A DNA stretch of 45,474 nt, taken from NCBI GenBank assembly GCA_040905245.1, contig JBBDRX010000038.1, forward strand, positions 1 to 45,474. The letters run 5' to 3'. Below are positions 17,895 to 28,238 of this stretch, piece after piece. The translations under genes and the position numbers were made by a program. The notes under the pieces were generated by a model. That model was not told the origin of the DNA and did not search any database. It saw nothing but the letters and a program-made list of their open reading frames with translations. The stretch's first letter is position 1, and the number at the start of each line of letters is the position of its first letter. This DNA comes from Balneolaceae bacterium (GTDB lineage: Bacteria; Bacteroidota; Rhodothermia; Balneolales; Balneolaceae).

Positions 17895-18788
17895 TCAATC
17901 CTCCAACGCCTGAGCTCCGGATACAATTTCGGAAATCTCGGTCGTAATTGCACTTTGTCGCGCTTGGTTATAGCTGAGCCGGAGATCCTCTTCCAGCTCT
18001 TTCGCATTCTCCGTTGCATTATCCATGGCCGCCATCCGCGCACCCTGCTCTGCAGCATTGGACTCCAGAACAGCTCCCCAGAGCTCCATATTCAGATGAA
18101 GTGGAAGAAGGCGGTCCAGAATAGCCGCTGAATCCGGCTCATAAAGGTAGTCATTCACCGAAACAGAATCATCCCCGGAATGTTCCTTTACCAGCTCTAC
18201 CGGATCGACAGGAAGCACTTTTCGCACCAGTCTGTTTTGTGAAATGACAGACTTGAACTCATTGTAAGCGATATGTACCTGGTCGTATATTCCGCTGACA
18301 AACTGGTCGCGAGCACCCTCCATAATCACAGATGTATCAGGAAAATTCAGTTGATCAAAAAACCCGGGATGCCCCTCAACAACCGAATAGTTTCGTTTTC
18401 TGAAATAGGCATTCGCTTTTTTACCAACACAAATCAGATCCACACTGTTACTTGCCAGTTTCTCAGACCATCTGCCACGAAGTTCGCTCTCGACGACTTT
18501 AAACAGATTGTTGTTAAATCCACCACACAGTCCTCGATCCGATCCTACAATAATAAGCAGAATACGATCGACCGTCTCCGGGGTACGGAGAAGTTCATTG
18601 CTCTGTTCGTTCCCCGAAACAAGTCGAGATACAACCTCACTCAGTTTCGCCCGGTACGGGCGAGTCTCGTTCATTCGATTCTGAGCTTTTCTCAGCTTCG
18701 CTGCGGCGACCATCTTCATCGCCTTGGTAATCTGAATGGTGTTGTTGACCGAAGTAATCCGGTTTCGTATGTCACGAAGGTTTGCCAT
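17895..18788 (-). CDS. atpG: F1 ATP synthase gamma subunit
   Basis: The N-terminus is MANLRDIRNRITSVNNTIQITKAMKMVAAAKLRKAQ and the C-terminus is ITTEISEIVSGAQAL. Confidence 0.95.
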   Translation of the reverse strand: MANLRDIRNRITSVNNTIQITKAMKMVAAAKLRKAQNRMNETRPYRAKLSEVVSRLVSGNEQSNELLRTPETVDRILLIIVGSDRGLCGGFNNNLFKVVESELRGRWSEKLASNSVDLICVGKKANAYFRKRNYSVVEGHPGFFDQLNFPDTSVIMEGARDQFVSGIYDQVHIAYNEFKSVISQNRLVRKVLPVDPVELVKEHSGDDSVSVNDYLYEPDSAAILDRLLPLHLNMELWGAVLESNAAEQGARMAAMDNATENAKELEEDLRLSYNQARQSAITTEISEIVSGAQALED

Positions 18789-18791
18789 TCG

Positions 18792-20408
18792 CTACGCCTC
18801 CTCTGCTACAGTCAACTGATCAATAATCGTAGACGCTGTTTTTACAAGTTTTTCAGCAAATGAATCGTCCAGAAGACCGGTTGAGGCAAGATCACTCATC
18901 TCATCGGCAAACCGGGCTCGTACTGTCTCCAGATACTGCTCCTCAAACTCACCGATCTGATCGACAACCAAACGATCGAGCAGTCCTTCAGCGTTCACTT
19001 TCAGCAAGACGATCTGATCTTCCACAGCCAGTGGTTGAAATTCGTTCTGTTTCATCAATTCAACAGTTCGTTCACCACGCTTCAACTGACGCTGTGTTGC
19101 AGGATCCAGATCGGAACCGAACTTTGCAAATGCTTCGAGTTCCCGATACTGGGCAAGATCCAGCTTCAGAGTCCCAGAAAGTTTTTTCATCGCCTTCACC
19201 TGTGCAGAGCCACCCACACGAGAAACCGAAATACCTACATCGATTGCAGGACGAATACCGGAGTTAAACAGATCGGTATCCAGAAAAATCTGGCCGTCTG
19301 TAATAGAGATCACGTTGGTTGGAATATAAGCGGATACATCTCCGGCCTGTGTTTCTATAATCGGCAATGCAGTCAGAGATCCACCTGCCTTCAGTTTGGG
19401 TCGGAGAGAGTCCGGAACATTATTCATCTGCTTCACAACGCCCTCGTTATCAATAATCTTCGCAGCTCTTTCCAGTAACCGGCTGTGAAGATAGAAGACA
19501 TCTCCCGGATAAGCTTCCCGGCCCGGTGGCCGTTTCAGCAGGAGTGAAAGCTCACGATAGGCAACCGCCTGTTTGGAAAGATCATCATAGATCACCAGGG
19601 CATGCCGTCCCGTATCCCGAAAATATTCCCCGATTGCCGCACCGGCAAAAGGCGCAATGTAACGCATGGGTGCTGAGGTACTTGCAGGAGCGGATACCAC
19701 GGTTGTATAGTCCATGGCTCCGTGCTCTTTCAATTTGTTAACAATTCCCGCAACCGTAGACCCTTTTTGTCCTACAGCCACATAGATACAGTAAACGGGC
19801 TTGTCCGTATCCTGTGTCTGCTTTTGATTGATAATAGTATCAATGGCGACTGCAGTCTTTCCTGTCTGCCGGTCACCGATAATCAACTCACGTTGTCCCC
19901 TACCAATAGGAATCAGGGAGTCAATCGCTTTCAGGCCGGTTTGCAGAGGCTCCTCAACAGGCTGACGGTAGACAACACCCGGTGCTTTCCGTTCCAGAGG
20001 CAGAGAGATCGTTTCTCCGGTAACGGCACCCTCTCCGTCGACAGGCCGGCCGAGCGGATCAATAACCCGTCCAAGAACCCCTTCTCCTACATTGATAGAC
20101 GCAATATTTTTGGTTCTCTTCACCGAGTGCCCCTCTTCCACAGAGCTGGAAGACCCAAAAAGTACGACACCCACATTATCCTCTTCCAGGTTCAAAACCA
20201 TTCCACGGATTGGGTTCCCGTCTGCGTCCAGCGAGTCCGGTAATTCTACCAACTCACCGGCCTGAACACTTGAAAGGCCATAAACACGGGCAATCCCGTC
20301 ACCTACCTCCAGGATTGTGCCTACATCATAAATTTCCGCTTCGTTGTCAAATCCTGAGATCTGCTTGCGTAAAATGGCGGAAACTTCATCTGGTCTGATT
20401 CGACTCAT
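18792..20408 (-). CDS. atpA: F1 ATP synthase alpha subunit
   Basis: It carries the Walker A motif GDRQTGKT plus [41 protein letters not shown]. Confidence 0.97.
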   Translation of the reverse strand: MSRIRPDEVSAILRKQISGFDNEAEIYDVGTILEVGDGIARVYGLSSVQAGELVELPDSLDADGNPIRGMVLNLEEDNVGVVLFGSSSSVEEGHSVKRTKNIASINVGEGVLGRVIDPLGRPVDGEGAVTGETISLPLERKAPGVVYRQPVEEPLQTGLKAIDSLIPIGRGQRELIIGDRQTGKTAVAIDTIINQKQTQDTDKPVYCIYVAVGQKGSTVAGIVNKLKEHGAMDYTTVVSAPASTSAPMRYIAPFAGAAIGEYFRDTGRHALVIYDDLSKQAVAYRELSLLLKRPPGREAYPGDVFYLHSRLLERAAKIIDNEGVVKQMNNVPDSLRPKLKAGGSLTALPIIETQAGDVSAYIPTNVISITDGQIFLDTDLFNSGIRPAIDVGISVSRVGGSAQVKAMKKLSGTLKLDLAQYRELEAFAKFGSDLDPATQRQLKRGERTVELMKQNEFQPLAVEDQIVLLKVNAEGLLDRLVVDQIGEFEEQYLETVRARFADEMSDLASTGLLDDSFAEKLVKTASTIIDQLTVAEEA

Positions 20409-20436
20409 GCTTTGATTACCTCAAATTTCAATTTAT

Positions 20437-20979
20437 TCAAATAGCCACTTCCTTGAAAAGCGAAGAGAGACGGTTCAACTGGTGACGAACCGTCCCGTCG
20501 ATAATAGTATCACTAATCTGGATCGCCATTCCACCGATCAGCTCCGGTTGTTTCTCCAGTTGCAGCTCAATAGTCTTCCCGGTCTGCTTCTCCAGCATCT
20601 TCTTCAAATCACCGGTCTGTGCATCATCCAGATCCATTGCGAAACGAACCTGAACATCCAGAATCTGTTTATACTCTTTATAGAGTTCAATAAATCCACT
20701 CATCATCTGGTCCAGAAGTCGTTCACGCCCTTTCCGAATCACCAGATCAAAAAACTGAAGAGTAAGTGGTTGAACAGAGTTTGAAAAAACGCTGTGAAGC
20801 GCCTCTTTTTTCTCTTCCGATTTGATAATCGGACTCCGAAGGAAGAGCTCCAGATCACGAGAAGCTTCAATCGTCTCATGAACCAGACCCACATCCGCCA
20901 TGATCCCTTCCAGGATATCCTGCTCAATTGCGATCTGCAACAGAGCACTCGCATACCGTCGGGCTGCTTTTACGACCAT
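20437..20979 (-). CDS. atpH: F1 ATP synthase delta (OSCP) subunit
   Basis: 180 aa, with RYASALLQIA at the N-terminus. It sits between atpF and atpA. Confidence 0.85.
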   Translation of the reverse strand: MVVKAARRYASALLQIAIEQDILEGIMADVGLVHETIEASRDLELFLRSPIIKSEEKKEALHSVFSNSVQPLTLQFFDLVIRKGRERLLDQMMSGFIELYKEYKQILDVQVRFAMDLDDAQTGDLKKMLEKQTGKTIELQLEKQPELIGGMAIQISDTIIDGTVRHQLNRLSSLFKEVAI

Positions 20980-20986
20980 TGGCTAT

Positions 20987-21502
20987 CTAGTTCTTGGGAA
21001 GATTGTCGATAAAACGATCAACAAGCTTCTTGTTCTTCTCTTTATCGAGTTCAGCATCAATAATCATCGATGCCGCTTTCACGGCAAGCTCGGCAACTTC
21101 GTTCCGAAGCTCAATCAGGGCCTTCTGCTTCTCCTGTTCGATGGCACCACGTGCATCTTCCAGAATTGCGGCGGCTTCTTTTTTCGACTTGTCCAGTCGA
21201 TCGGTTCGAAGTTTTTCTGCCTCTTCAATCGCGGCTTTACGAATACGCTGTGCCTCGATTTCCGCTTCACGTAGTGCTTTCTGATTCTCTTGCGAGATTT
21301 TTTCCGCTTTGGCAATTGCCTTTTCGGCAGACTCCAGAGAATCCTTGATTCTTTGTTCCCGCTCATCCAGTGCTTTGGTGATATGAGGAACTGCGTATTT
21401 GCCCATTCCCCATAAAAAGAGAAGCATTGAAATCAGAACCCAGATTGCGAAGCCTGTCTGAAACGACAGCAACCCGCCACCGCTTGCTAAGAAAACCGTC
21501 AT
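20987..21502 (-). CDS. atpF: F0 ATP synthase subunit b
   Basis: A single N-terminal TM helix is followed by a long charged helix (EREQRIKDSLESAEKAIAKAEK...). Confidence 0.85.
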   Translation of the reverse strand: MTVFLASGGGLLSFQTGFAIWVLISMLLFLWGMGKYAVPHITKALDEREQRIKDSLESAEKAIAKAEKISQENQKALREAEIEAQRIRKAAIEEAEKLRTDRLDKSKKEAAAILEDARGAIEQEKQKALIELRNEVAELAVKAASMIIDAELDKEKNKKLVDRFIDNLPKN

Positions 21503-21525
21503 GGTTACTCCCTGTGGATTGTTTG

Positions 21526-21774
<249 letters not shown>

Positions 21775-21781
21775 TTATTGG

Positions 21782-22837
21782 TTACATATGTACTTGTGCA
21801 TCCGTTGCATTTGCAACAGATGGCTGATGTTTTTCATCGTGATGATGCTCTTCGGCCGCCATGCCGATAAATACTGCGGAAAGCAGAGTGAAAATATAGG
21901 CCTGCAATAGTGCAATAAATGCTTTCAAGACATAGAGGATAGCCGTCAGACTCACCCATATAACTCCGGAAGAAACACCAAATACAGCACCGAACATGTC
22001 AGTAAACACAAAGATCAATCCCAGAATACAGACGATCATAATCTTTCCGGACAACATATTTGCAAAAAGACGAATGGCCAATGCGAACGGTTTGGTAAAG
22101 AGCCCAAGAATTTCGACTGGTGTCAGTATCACACGGACCAGAGGCGGAACCCCGGGGAACATGAAAACGTGCTCCCAGTGATGCTTGGTCCCGCTGAACT
22201 GCGTAATAAAAAAGGTGATTGTTGCAAGAGTTGCCGTAACGGTAAGATCTGCGGTCGCAGACACGCCCCAGGGGAGCATGCCGAACAGATTCATCAAACT
22301 GATTGCGACAAAAACGGAGAAGAGATAGTTCACATAAGCCTTGTACTTGTCTCCGGGAATGTACTCTTTGGCAATATCGTCTCGTATAAAAACAAAAAAC
22401 ACCTCGAACAGATTCTGCCAGATCCCTCTGGGCTCACTCGTGGATCCAACACCTTTTTTATATCGGAAAGCCGCCCACAAGGTCAACAAAAAAGTCAGCA
22501 GAATGCTGATCCAGACATACATCAGATGCGAAGTAATAGAGAAATCGATCCCCACAGGTGTTCCGTCTGCCCGTACAATGGTTTCATCTTCTTCTGAAAA
22601 TTCACCAGAGGAAAGTGCACTTTCTGTATTGGAGTAGAAATAAAACCGACCATCAACATAAAAAATCCTGGGCAGGTAGATCTTTTGACCAACGACTTCA
22701 AGATAATCATGATCAACGACCTTTCCCATAACATCAATCGGAGGTGAATCATCCGATTCGTCTGCCCCGAACAGGGCAGGAGAAAGCAACAAAGAGAACA
22801 GTAAGGTTAGAAAGAGTCGGCGCAGTGCTGTCGTCAT
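21782..22837 (-). CDS. atpB: F0 ATP synthase subunit a (long N-terminal extension)
   Basis: It carries ALAIRLFANMLSGKIM (essential Arg) and a signal-like N-terminus of the kind seen in FCB-group a-subunits. Confidence 0.9.
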   Translation of the reverse strand: MTTALRRLFLTLLFSLLLSPALFGADESDDSPPIDVMGKVVDHDYLEVVGQKIYLPRIFYVDGRFYFYSNTESALSSGEFSEEDETIVRADGTPVGIDFSITSHLMYVWISILLTFLLTLWAAFRYKKGVGSTSEPRGIWQNLFEVFFVFIRDDIAKEYIPGDKYKAYVNYLFSVFVAISLMNLFGMLPWGVSATADLTVTATLATITFFITQFSGTKHHWEHVFMFPGVPPLVRVILTPVEILGLFTKPFALAIRLFANMLSGKIMIVCILGLIFVFTDMFGAVFGVSSGVIWVSLTAILYVLKAFIALLQAYIFTLLSAVFIGMAAEEHHHDEKHQPSVANATDAQVHM

Positions 22838-22850
22838 TCCGTATCAGCGA

Positions 22851-23234
22851 TTATGTCGGTCGATTGGTACTGGTTTTGTGGATCAAAATAATATCAATTA
22901 CAGAGTGAAGAATATAAGAAATAATAAAACTCAGAGTAAAGGAAACTTGTTCAATATTTGTCACAGCAAGTACAAGGAAAAAGAGAGAGAGGATCAACAA
23001 TAAACGAAGAAAGAAAACCAGGTAGTAGTACGCCAAAAACTGTTTCCAATCTGCATCTTTGAAAAGCTGGTACATGACAAGATGGACGGCGATGGCCAGC
23101 AATCCAAGAAGATAACCACTAATCCAGCCAACAACATCAATAGAAGGGACAGCCAGGGAGAGAATCAGAGAGGCTGCTCCTGCCAGTATCACTGCGAGCC
23201 ATTCTGTTCTGTATTGGCTTTGGGCAATCTCCAT
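22851..23234 (-). CDS. atpI: AtpI-like small membrane protein
   Basis: 127 aa with 4 TM helices, located directly upstream of atpB. Confidence 0.55.
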   Translation of the reverse strand: MEIAQSQYRTEWLAVILAGAASLILSLAVPSIDVVGWISGYLLGLLAIAVHLVMYQLFKDADWKQFLAYYYLVFFLRLLLILSLFFLVLAVTNIEQVSFTLSFIISYILHSVIDIILIHKTSTNRPT

Positions 23235-23243
23235 AAAGTACGA

Positions 23244-23456
23244 TCAGGGTTTGGACTGAGATCTGGAGAGGCGAAGTAACAGGCCGAAGAAGAGCAATAC
23301 ACCGATGATGGCACCACCCAGCAGAAACCAGGGAGAGGTATCCCAAAAACTGTCAATCCAGAAACCGATTCCGATAGGCAGAATCAGGGTACCGGCAATT
23401 TCAACTCCCAGTGAAAGATAACGAAGATAGTCTCTGGAACCTTGTGAATCACCCAT
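23244..23456 (-). CDS. AtpZ/AtpI-family protein (ATPase_gene1 type)
   Basis: MGDSQGSRDYLRYLSLGVEIAGTLILPIGIGFWIDSFW matches the AtpZ pattern. The start at 23456 lies 4 nt after the bactofilin stop. The long ORF form reaching 23534 would overlap bactofilin. Confidence 0.65.
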   Translation of the reverse strand: MGDSQGSRDYLRYLSLGVEIAGTLILPIGIGFWIDSFWDTSPWFLLGGAIIGVLLFFGLLLRLSRSQSKP

Positions 23457-23460
23457 GGAT

Positions 23461-23892
23461 TCAGGAGGCACTTTTTGCAGACAGATTTTCGCTGTGCTTA
23501 GCAGAGAGCGGACGGCTTCCCGACCCGGCATCACTGCTCATGTTGCAATTCCCCTTGATTTGTGCTCCCTCCTCAACCAGAAGAGTCTTGGTATGGATGT
23601 CGCCATTGATCACCGCGGAGCTTCGAAGGATCAATTTACCGGTCACAAAGAGCTCTCCCTCCAGCCGGCCGGCAATATCTGCATCCTCCGCTCTGATATT
23701 TCCATCCACACTTCCGGAGGCGGTAATAATGACCCGTCCGCTGGATTCTGCCTCCCCTTCGACAGAACCTGATATACGGATATCACTATCCGACTGAATG
23801 TTTCCGCTCAACCGCGTCCCTTCACTGATCATATTAAGAATGGGAGACCCGCTTGGCTGGTTCGACTTGGTTGTATCCGATTTGGAAAACAT
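23461..23892 (-). CDS. Bactofilin (polymer-forming cytoskeletal protein, DUF583)
   Basis: It has a repetitive beta-helix pattern: ISEGTRLSGNIQSDSDIRISGSVEGEA..VIITASGSVDGNIRAEDADIAGRLEGELFVTGKLILRSSAVINGDIHTKTLLVEEGAQIKGNCNM. Confidence 0.85.
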   Translation of the reverse strand: MFSKSDTTKSNQPSGSPILNMISEGTRLSGNIQSDSDIRISGSVEGEAESSGRVIITASGSVDGNIRAEDADIAGRLEGELFVTGKLILRSSAVINGDIHTKTLLVEEGAQIKGNCNMSSDAGSGSRPLSAKHSENLSAKSAS

Positions 23893-23901
23893 GAGACTAC
23901 A

Positions 23902-24753
23902 TTAGTTTAAAAGATAGAGTTGTGGAATTTGAGGGGCGCCATCCTTCCAGATTTCAAAATGAAGGTGGGAGCCAAAACTCAATGCACCCCGATCTCCAAC
24001 GGCTCCGAGAACATCCCCCCGAAGTACGTGATCGCCTACCTGCCTGTAGAGTTTTTCGCCATGCTTGTACACAGACAGGTATCCGTCTGCATGCTGCAGG
24101 TAGAGTACGTATCCATAGTTGACGGTCCAGTCCGCATAGACAACAGAACCGTCCGCAATGGCCCAAAACTCAGTTCCGGTTCGGGCGGCAATATCAATAC
24201 CGTAATGACTCTCCTCCGGATTGAAGGACTGGGATACCGACCCCTCCATGGGAAATGGTGCCGGGAAAAGAGCCGAACGTCGATAGATATCCGAATTCAG
24301 GATCTCGTCGGTGGAAAACATCTCATAGGTCTGGAACCCGTCCCCGGAAACACTGCCGGGATAGGATTCTCCTGGTGTACGACGGGATTCCCCGGCAGAC
24401 ACAGTCCTGAATGTCGTGTCAGGCGTCTCCATCAGAACCTGCTTCAGATCCATCAGCTGACGATCTCTCAACTGAAGAGAATCCTCCAGAGCCATCACCT
24501 TCTCAGTAACTGAAAGAACACTCTCCCGAAGGCTCGAATCCGACTTTGTCTGATACAGAGAGCCTAACGGGGTGATAAAAAAGATAATGGTTGTCATCAG
24601 GACCGATACGGCCACACACAAAACAACCACCCGAATTACATCGGAAGACTCAATACGAAATGACCGGGAAACTTCCGGCTCCTCTTCATCCAGCAGGAGG
24701 ACGGTTACTTCTCCATCCCGTTTCGAGACCAACTTTTTAAGCAATTCCCACAT
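23902..24753 (-). CDS. M23/LytM-family metallopeptidase with N-terminal TM anchor
   Basis: It carries HYGIDIAA (HxxxD) and SHLHFEIW (HxH). Confidence 0.9.
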   Translation of the reverse strand: MWELLKKLVSKRDGEVTVLLLDEEEPEVSRSFRIESSDVIRVVVLCVAVSVLMTTIIFFITPLGSLYQTKSDSSLRESVLSVTEKVMALEDSLQLRDRQLMDLKQVLMETPDTTFRTVSAGESRRTPGESYPGSVSGDGFQTYEMFSTDEILNSDIYRRSALFPAPFPMEGSVSQSFNPEESHYGIDIAARTGTEFWAIADGSVVYADWTVNYGYVLYLQHADGYLSVYKHGEKLYRQVGDHVLRGDVLGAVGDRGALSFGSHLHFEIWKDGAPQIPQLYLLN

Positions 24754-24927
24754 TGAGATAACTTAGCAGACCCGAGCCATTTTTAAAAATTTCTAATCCA
24801 GACAAAATAGTGGCCGGAATGTGTCATCTCTACCAGATAAGAAGATTCAACGCGGTAAACGTTACATCATTTTGTTTAAAATCAGGACACTTGATCCCGA
24901 CTTGCCATACCATCCGGAAAAAATCGA

Positions 24928-26412
24928 CTATACCGAGTAGTTGGGAGCCTCTTTTGTGATATGTACAGAGTGAGGATGGCTCTCTTTATAGCTTGCCGCA
25001 GAAATCTGGACAAATTCTGCACGCTGCAACTCCCGGATGTTTGAAGAGCCGGTATATCCCATGGCTGCCCGAAGTCCGCCGGCCATCTGGTGTGCAACTT
25101 CATGAAGGTATCCTTTATAAGGAACACGTCCCTCAATTCCTTCCGGTACCAGTTTTCTGAGATCATCTTCCACATCCTGGAAGTAGCGGTCCTTCGACCC
25201 CTTGTCCATCGCTCCCAGGCTTCCCATTCCCCTGTACGACTTGTACTTCCGGGACTCATATATAATGGTCTCGCCGGGGCTCTCTTCAAGACCGGCAAAC
25301 ATCGATCCCATCATAACGGCATCGGCACCTCCGGCAATCGCTTTGGGGATATCCCCTGTCTGTTTGATTCCTCCATCGGCAATCAAACCAATTCCCTTCT
25401 CACGAGTAAACTCTGCCACTTCCATAACAGCTGACAGCTGTGGTACTCCCACACCTGTAACCACTCTCGTTGTACAGATGGAGCCGGGCCCCACCCCAAC
25501 CTTGACAACATCTACTCCGGCTTCAACCAGAGCTTCTGCTGCGGAACGAGTTGCAATATTGCCGCCGATCAGGTTCAGATCAGGCCACTTTTCCCGAATC
25601 GATCGGACCGTTTGCAACACACCAGCCGAATGCCCGTGAGCCGTATCGATCGTGATCACATCCACACCGGAATCGACCAGTGCCGAAACTCGGTCCATCG
25701 TATCAGGCGTTACGCCTACAGCCGCTCCTACCCGGAGCCGGCCCAGCTCGTCCTTGCAGGCATTGGGGAAATTCATCTTTTTCTCAATATCCTTGAAGGT
25801 AATCAGTCCAACCAGACGGCCATCCTTGTCAACGATGGGCAGCTTCTCTACTTTATGTGTCTGCAGTATCTCTTCGGCCTTCTCAAGATTGGTTCCTTCT
25901 GCGGCAGTTATCAGATTGTCCCGGGTCATAATGCTTCCGAGTATCTTGTCCACATAATGCTCGAAGCGCAGATCACGGTTTGTAACAATACCGACAAGTT
26001 TGTTGTCCCCCTCAACGATCGGAATTCCGCCAATCTTGTGTGTACGCATCAGCGACCGTGCTTCACGAACGGTCGCATCCGGGGGCAGGGTAACCGGATC
26101 GACAATCATCCCGCTCTCGCTTCGTTTCACCAGCCGGACCTGCTCTGCCTGTTCCGCGATCGTCATATTTTTGTGCAAGATAGCGATACCGCCCTCTCTT
26201 GCCAGTGCAATAGCCAGACGATATTCGGAAACAGTATCCATCGCAGCACTCAGAACGGGAAGATTCAACGTGAGCGACGGGGTCAGATCAACGGATGTAT
26301 CCACTTCACGAGGCAGAACTTCTGAAAAACCGGGCACGAGCAGGACGTCGTCATAGGTGAGCCCCTGTCGACTGATTCGTTCAAAGGGTGAATCATTCTG
26401 CATCTCTAACAT
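24928..26412 (-). CDS. guaB: IMP dehydrogenase
   Basis: It has a CBS pair and the catalytic loop [48 protein letters not shown] is also present. Confidence 0.97.
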   Translation of the reverse strand: MLEMQNDSPFERISRQGLTYDDVLLVPGFSEVLPREVDTSVDLTPSLTLNLPVLSAAMDTVSEYRLAIALAREGGIAILHKNMTIAEQAEQVRLVKRSESGMIVDPVTLPPDATVREARSLMRTHKIGGIPIVEGDNKLVGIVTNRDLRFEHYVDKILGSIMTRDNLITAAEGTNLEKAEEILQTHKVEKLPIVDKDGRLVGLITFKDIEKKMNFPNACKDELGRLRVGAAVGVTPDTMDRVSALVDSGVDVITIDTAHGHSAGVLQTVRSIREKWPDLNLIGGNIATRSAAEALVEAGVDVVKVGVGPGSICTTRVVTGVGVPQLSAVMEVAEFTREKGIGLIADGGIKQTGDIPKAIAGGADAVMMGSMFAGLEESPGETIIYESRKYKSYRGMGSLGAMDKGSKDRYFQDVEDDLRKLVPEGIEGRVPYKGYLHEVAHQMAGGLRAAMGYTGSSNIRELQRAEFVQISAASYKESHPHSVHITKEAPNYSV

Positions 26413-26479
26413 ACCTTTCGTTTACATTTCAACTAAGATATGAAAAATGCCTTCGAACTTCTCCCCCTTTTCCCATTTT

Positions 26480-26803
26480 TCAGAGACTCTTGACCCGGAG
26501 TGCAGAAACGGCCGTCTCCAGTCTGCAATCTCCCGCCAGAAAGAGGCGAACCCAATAATCGACTCGCTGCCGACGCTTCTGAACAAACGGATCGCAAGTG
26601 GAATAGACCCCTTCCAGCTCCTGTCGAAACGCCCGGATATCCTCTTTGATTTCAATAGCAAGTTCTTCAGGCAGATCTCCCCATCCCATCAGGTTCAATA
26701 CTTCTCTTACATCTCTCTCCTCTTGTCGGGCCTCGTGAAGAAGACGCTTCAAAAGTGGTTCTGCACTGTTTCGTTCGGAATGTTGTACTGTTGAGTGAAT
26801 CAT
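26480..26803 (-). CDS. Small hypothetical protein (107 aa)
   Basis: This is the only ORF in the purB-guaB gap that is co-oriented with its neighbours. The first 70 aa look helical and charged. No family was recognised. Confidence 0.4.
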   Translation of the reverse strand: MIHSTVQHSERNSAEPLLKRLLHEARQEERDVREVLNLMGWGDLPEELAIEIKEDIRAFRQELEGVYSTCDPFVQKRRQRVDYWVRLFLAGDCRLETAVSALRVKSL

Positions 26804-26830
26804 AACGGTCAGGTTTTGTTATTGTTCACT

Positions 26831-26874
26831 CACAGAATAAAGAAAGGGGATGACAACATAGTGTCACCCCCTTT
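26831..26874 (-). terminator. Rho-independent terminator after purB
   Basis: The minus strand reads AAAGGGGGTGACA-CTATGT-TGTCATCCCCTTT (12 of 13 pairs), followed by CTTTATTCT. Confidence 0.6.
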
Positions 26875-26903
26875 GAAAAAAATTCCCGGCAGACTCTTCT
26901 CCG

Positions 26904-28196
26904 CTATATACCGGCTCTGTCAAAGATTAAATCCACATTTTTGGTGTGGTGCTTCCAGTCGAATGCCGAGGCGATTTCTTCATCGCTCAGATACTCCCTG
27001 ATAGTGGTGTCGGCCTCGACCAGATCACGGAACGGCCGGTCCTCTTCCCAGGCTTTCATCGCCAGCGGCTGGACCGAATCATACGCCTTTTCACGAGACA
27101 ATCCTTTATCGATGAGCAACAAAAGCAGCCGCTGGGAGAATACCAGGCCCTGTGTCCGCTCCATATTGGCCTTCATATTCTCCGGGTAGACAATCAGTTG
27201 TTCAATGACCCCGGAAAACCGGTTCAGCATGTAGTCCAGCAGGATAGTGGCGTCAGGCAGTATGATTCGCTCTGCAGAAGAGTGGGAAATATCCCGTTCG
27301 TGCCACAGTGGGATGTTTTCATAAGCCGTAATCATGTATCCCCGAAGAACCCGGGAACACCCGGTAATATTTTCAGAACTGACTGGATTTCGCTTGTGCG
27401 GCATAGCCGAGGACCCTTTCTGTCCTTTGCGAAAAAACTCTTCCGCTTCTCTGAGCTCCGTTCGCTGGAGATGCCGAATCTCGACCGCCATCTTCTCCAG
27501 TGAAGAACCGATCAATGCCAGCACAGACATATAATGGGCGTGCCTGTCCCGCTGGAGTGTCTGTGTGGAGACGGGCGCCGGTGTAAGGCCCAGCAGATCA
27601 CAGGTATGCTTCTCCACCTCGGGAGGAATATTGGCAAATGTTCCCACCGCACCGGACAGCTTTCCAAACTCAACGCCATCTGCGGCCCGGCGGAAACGTT
27701 CCAGATTCCGCTGCATCTCTGCATACCAGAGGGCACACTTGATCCCGAATGTTACCGGTTCGGCGTGTACACCATGCGTTCGGCCCATCATCAAGGTATA
27801 TCGATGCACTTCCGCCTGTCCTTTCAATGCATCCAACATTCGTCGTATTCCTTTCTCTAACAGTCTGTTCGCCTGTTTCAGACGGACTCCCGTTGCCGTA
27901 TCTACTACATCGGTCGAAGTCAGGCCGTAATGGACCCACTTCTTTTCCTGGCCAAGAGACTCCGATACCGAACGGGTAAATGCCACCACATCGTGCCGGG
28001 TCTCCTTTTCAATCTCCTTGATTCGGGAAACATTAAAAGCCGCCTTATTATAAAGCAGGTCGACCTCCTTCTCGGGAATCCTGCCGATTCGGCTCCAGGC
28101 CCGGCATGCGGCCAGTTCAACATCGAGCCAGGACTGAAACTGATTCTGTTCAGACCAAATTTCGGCCATCTCTTCTCGTGAATAGCGATCGATCAT
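26904..28196 (-). CDS. purB: Adenylosuccinate lyase
   Basis: It carries the fumarate-lyase signature [11 protein letters not shown], and the N-terminus is [27 protein letters not shown]. Confidence 0.97.
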   Translation of the reverse strand: MIDRYSREEMAEIWSEQNQFQSWLDVELAACRAWSRIGRIPEKEVDLLYNKAAFNVSRIKEIEKETRHDVVAFTRSVSESLGQEKKWVHYGLTSTDVVDTATGVRLKQANRLLEKGIRRMLDALKGQAEVHRYTLMMGRTHGVHAEPVTFGIKCALWYAEMQRNLERFRRAADGVEFGKLSGAVGTFANIPPEVEKHTCDLLGLTPAPVSTQTLQRDRHAHYMSVLALIGSSLEKMAVEIRHLQRTELREAEEFFRKGQKGSSAMPHKRNPVSSENITGCSRVLRGYMITAYENIPLWHERDISHSSAERIILPDATILLDYMLNRFSGVIEQLIVYPENMKANMERTQGLVFSQRLLLLLIDKGLSREKAYDSVQPLAMKAWEEDRPFRDLVEADTTIREYLSDEEIASAFDWKHHTKNVDLIFDRAGI

Positions 28197-28238
28197 AGCA
28201 TCAACTGATTTTTAAAGGTCAAGACTCTGTTTTCGGCT

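Noticed and set aside
25612-26325. 237-aa plus-strand ORF
   Set aside because: It is antisense to guaB. It is a shadow ORF.
26422-26794. Alternative ORFs 26422..26661 (minus) and 26447..26794 (plus)
   Set aside because: They overlap the co-oriented 107-aa ORF and their translations look less protein-like. Neither can be supported independently.
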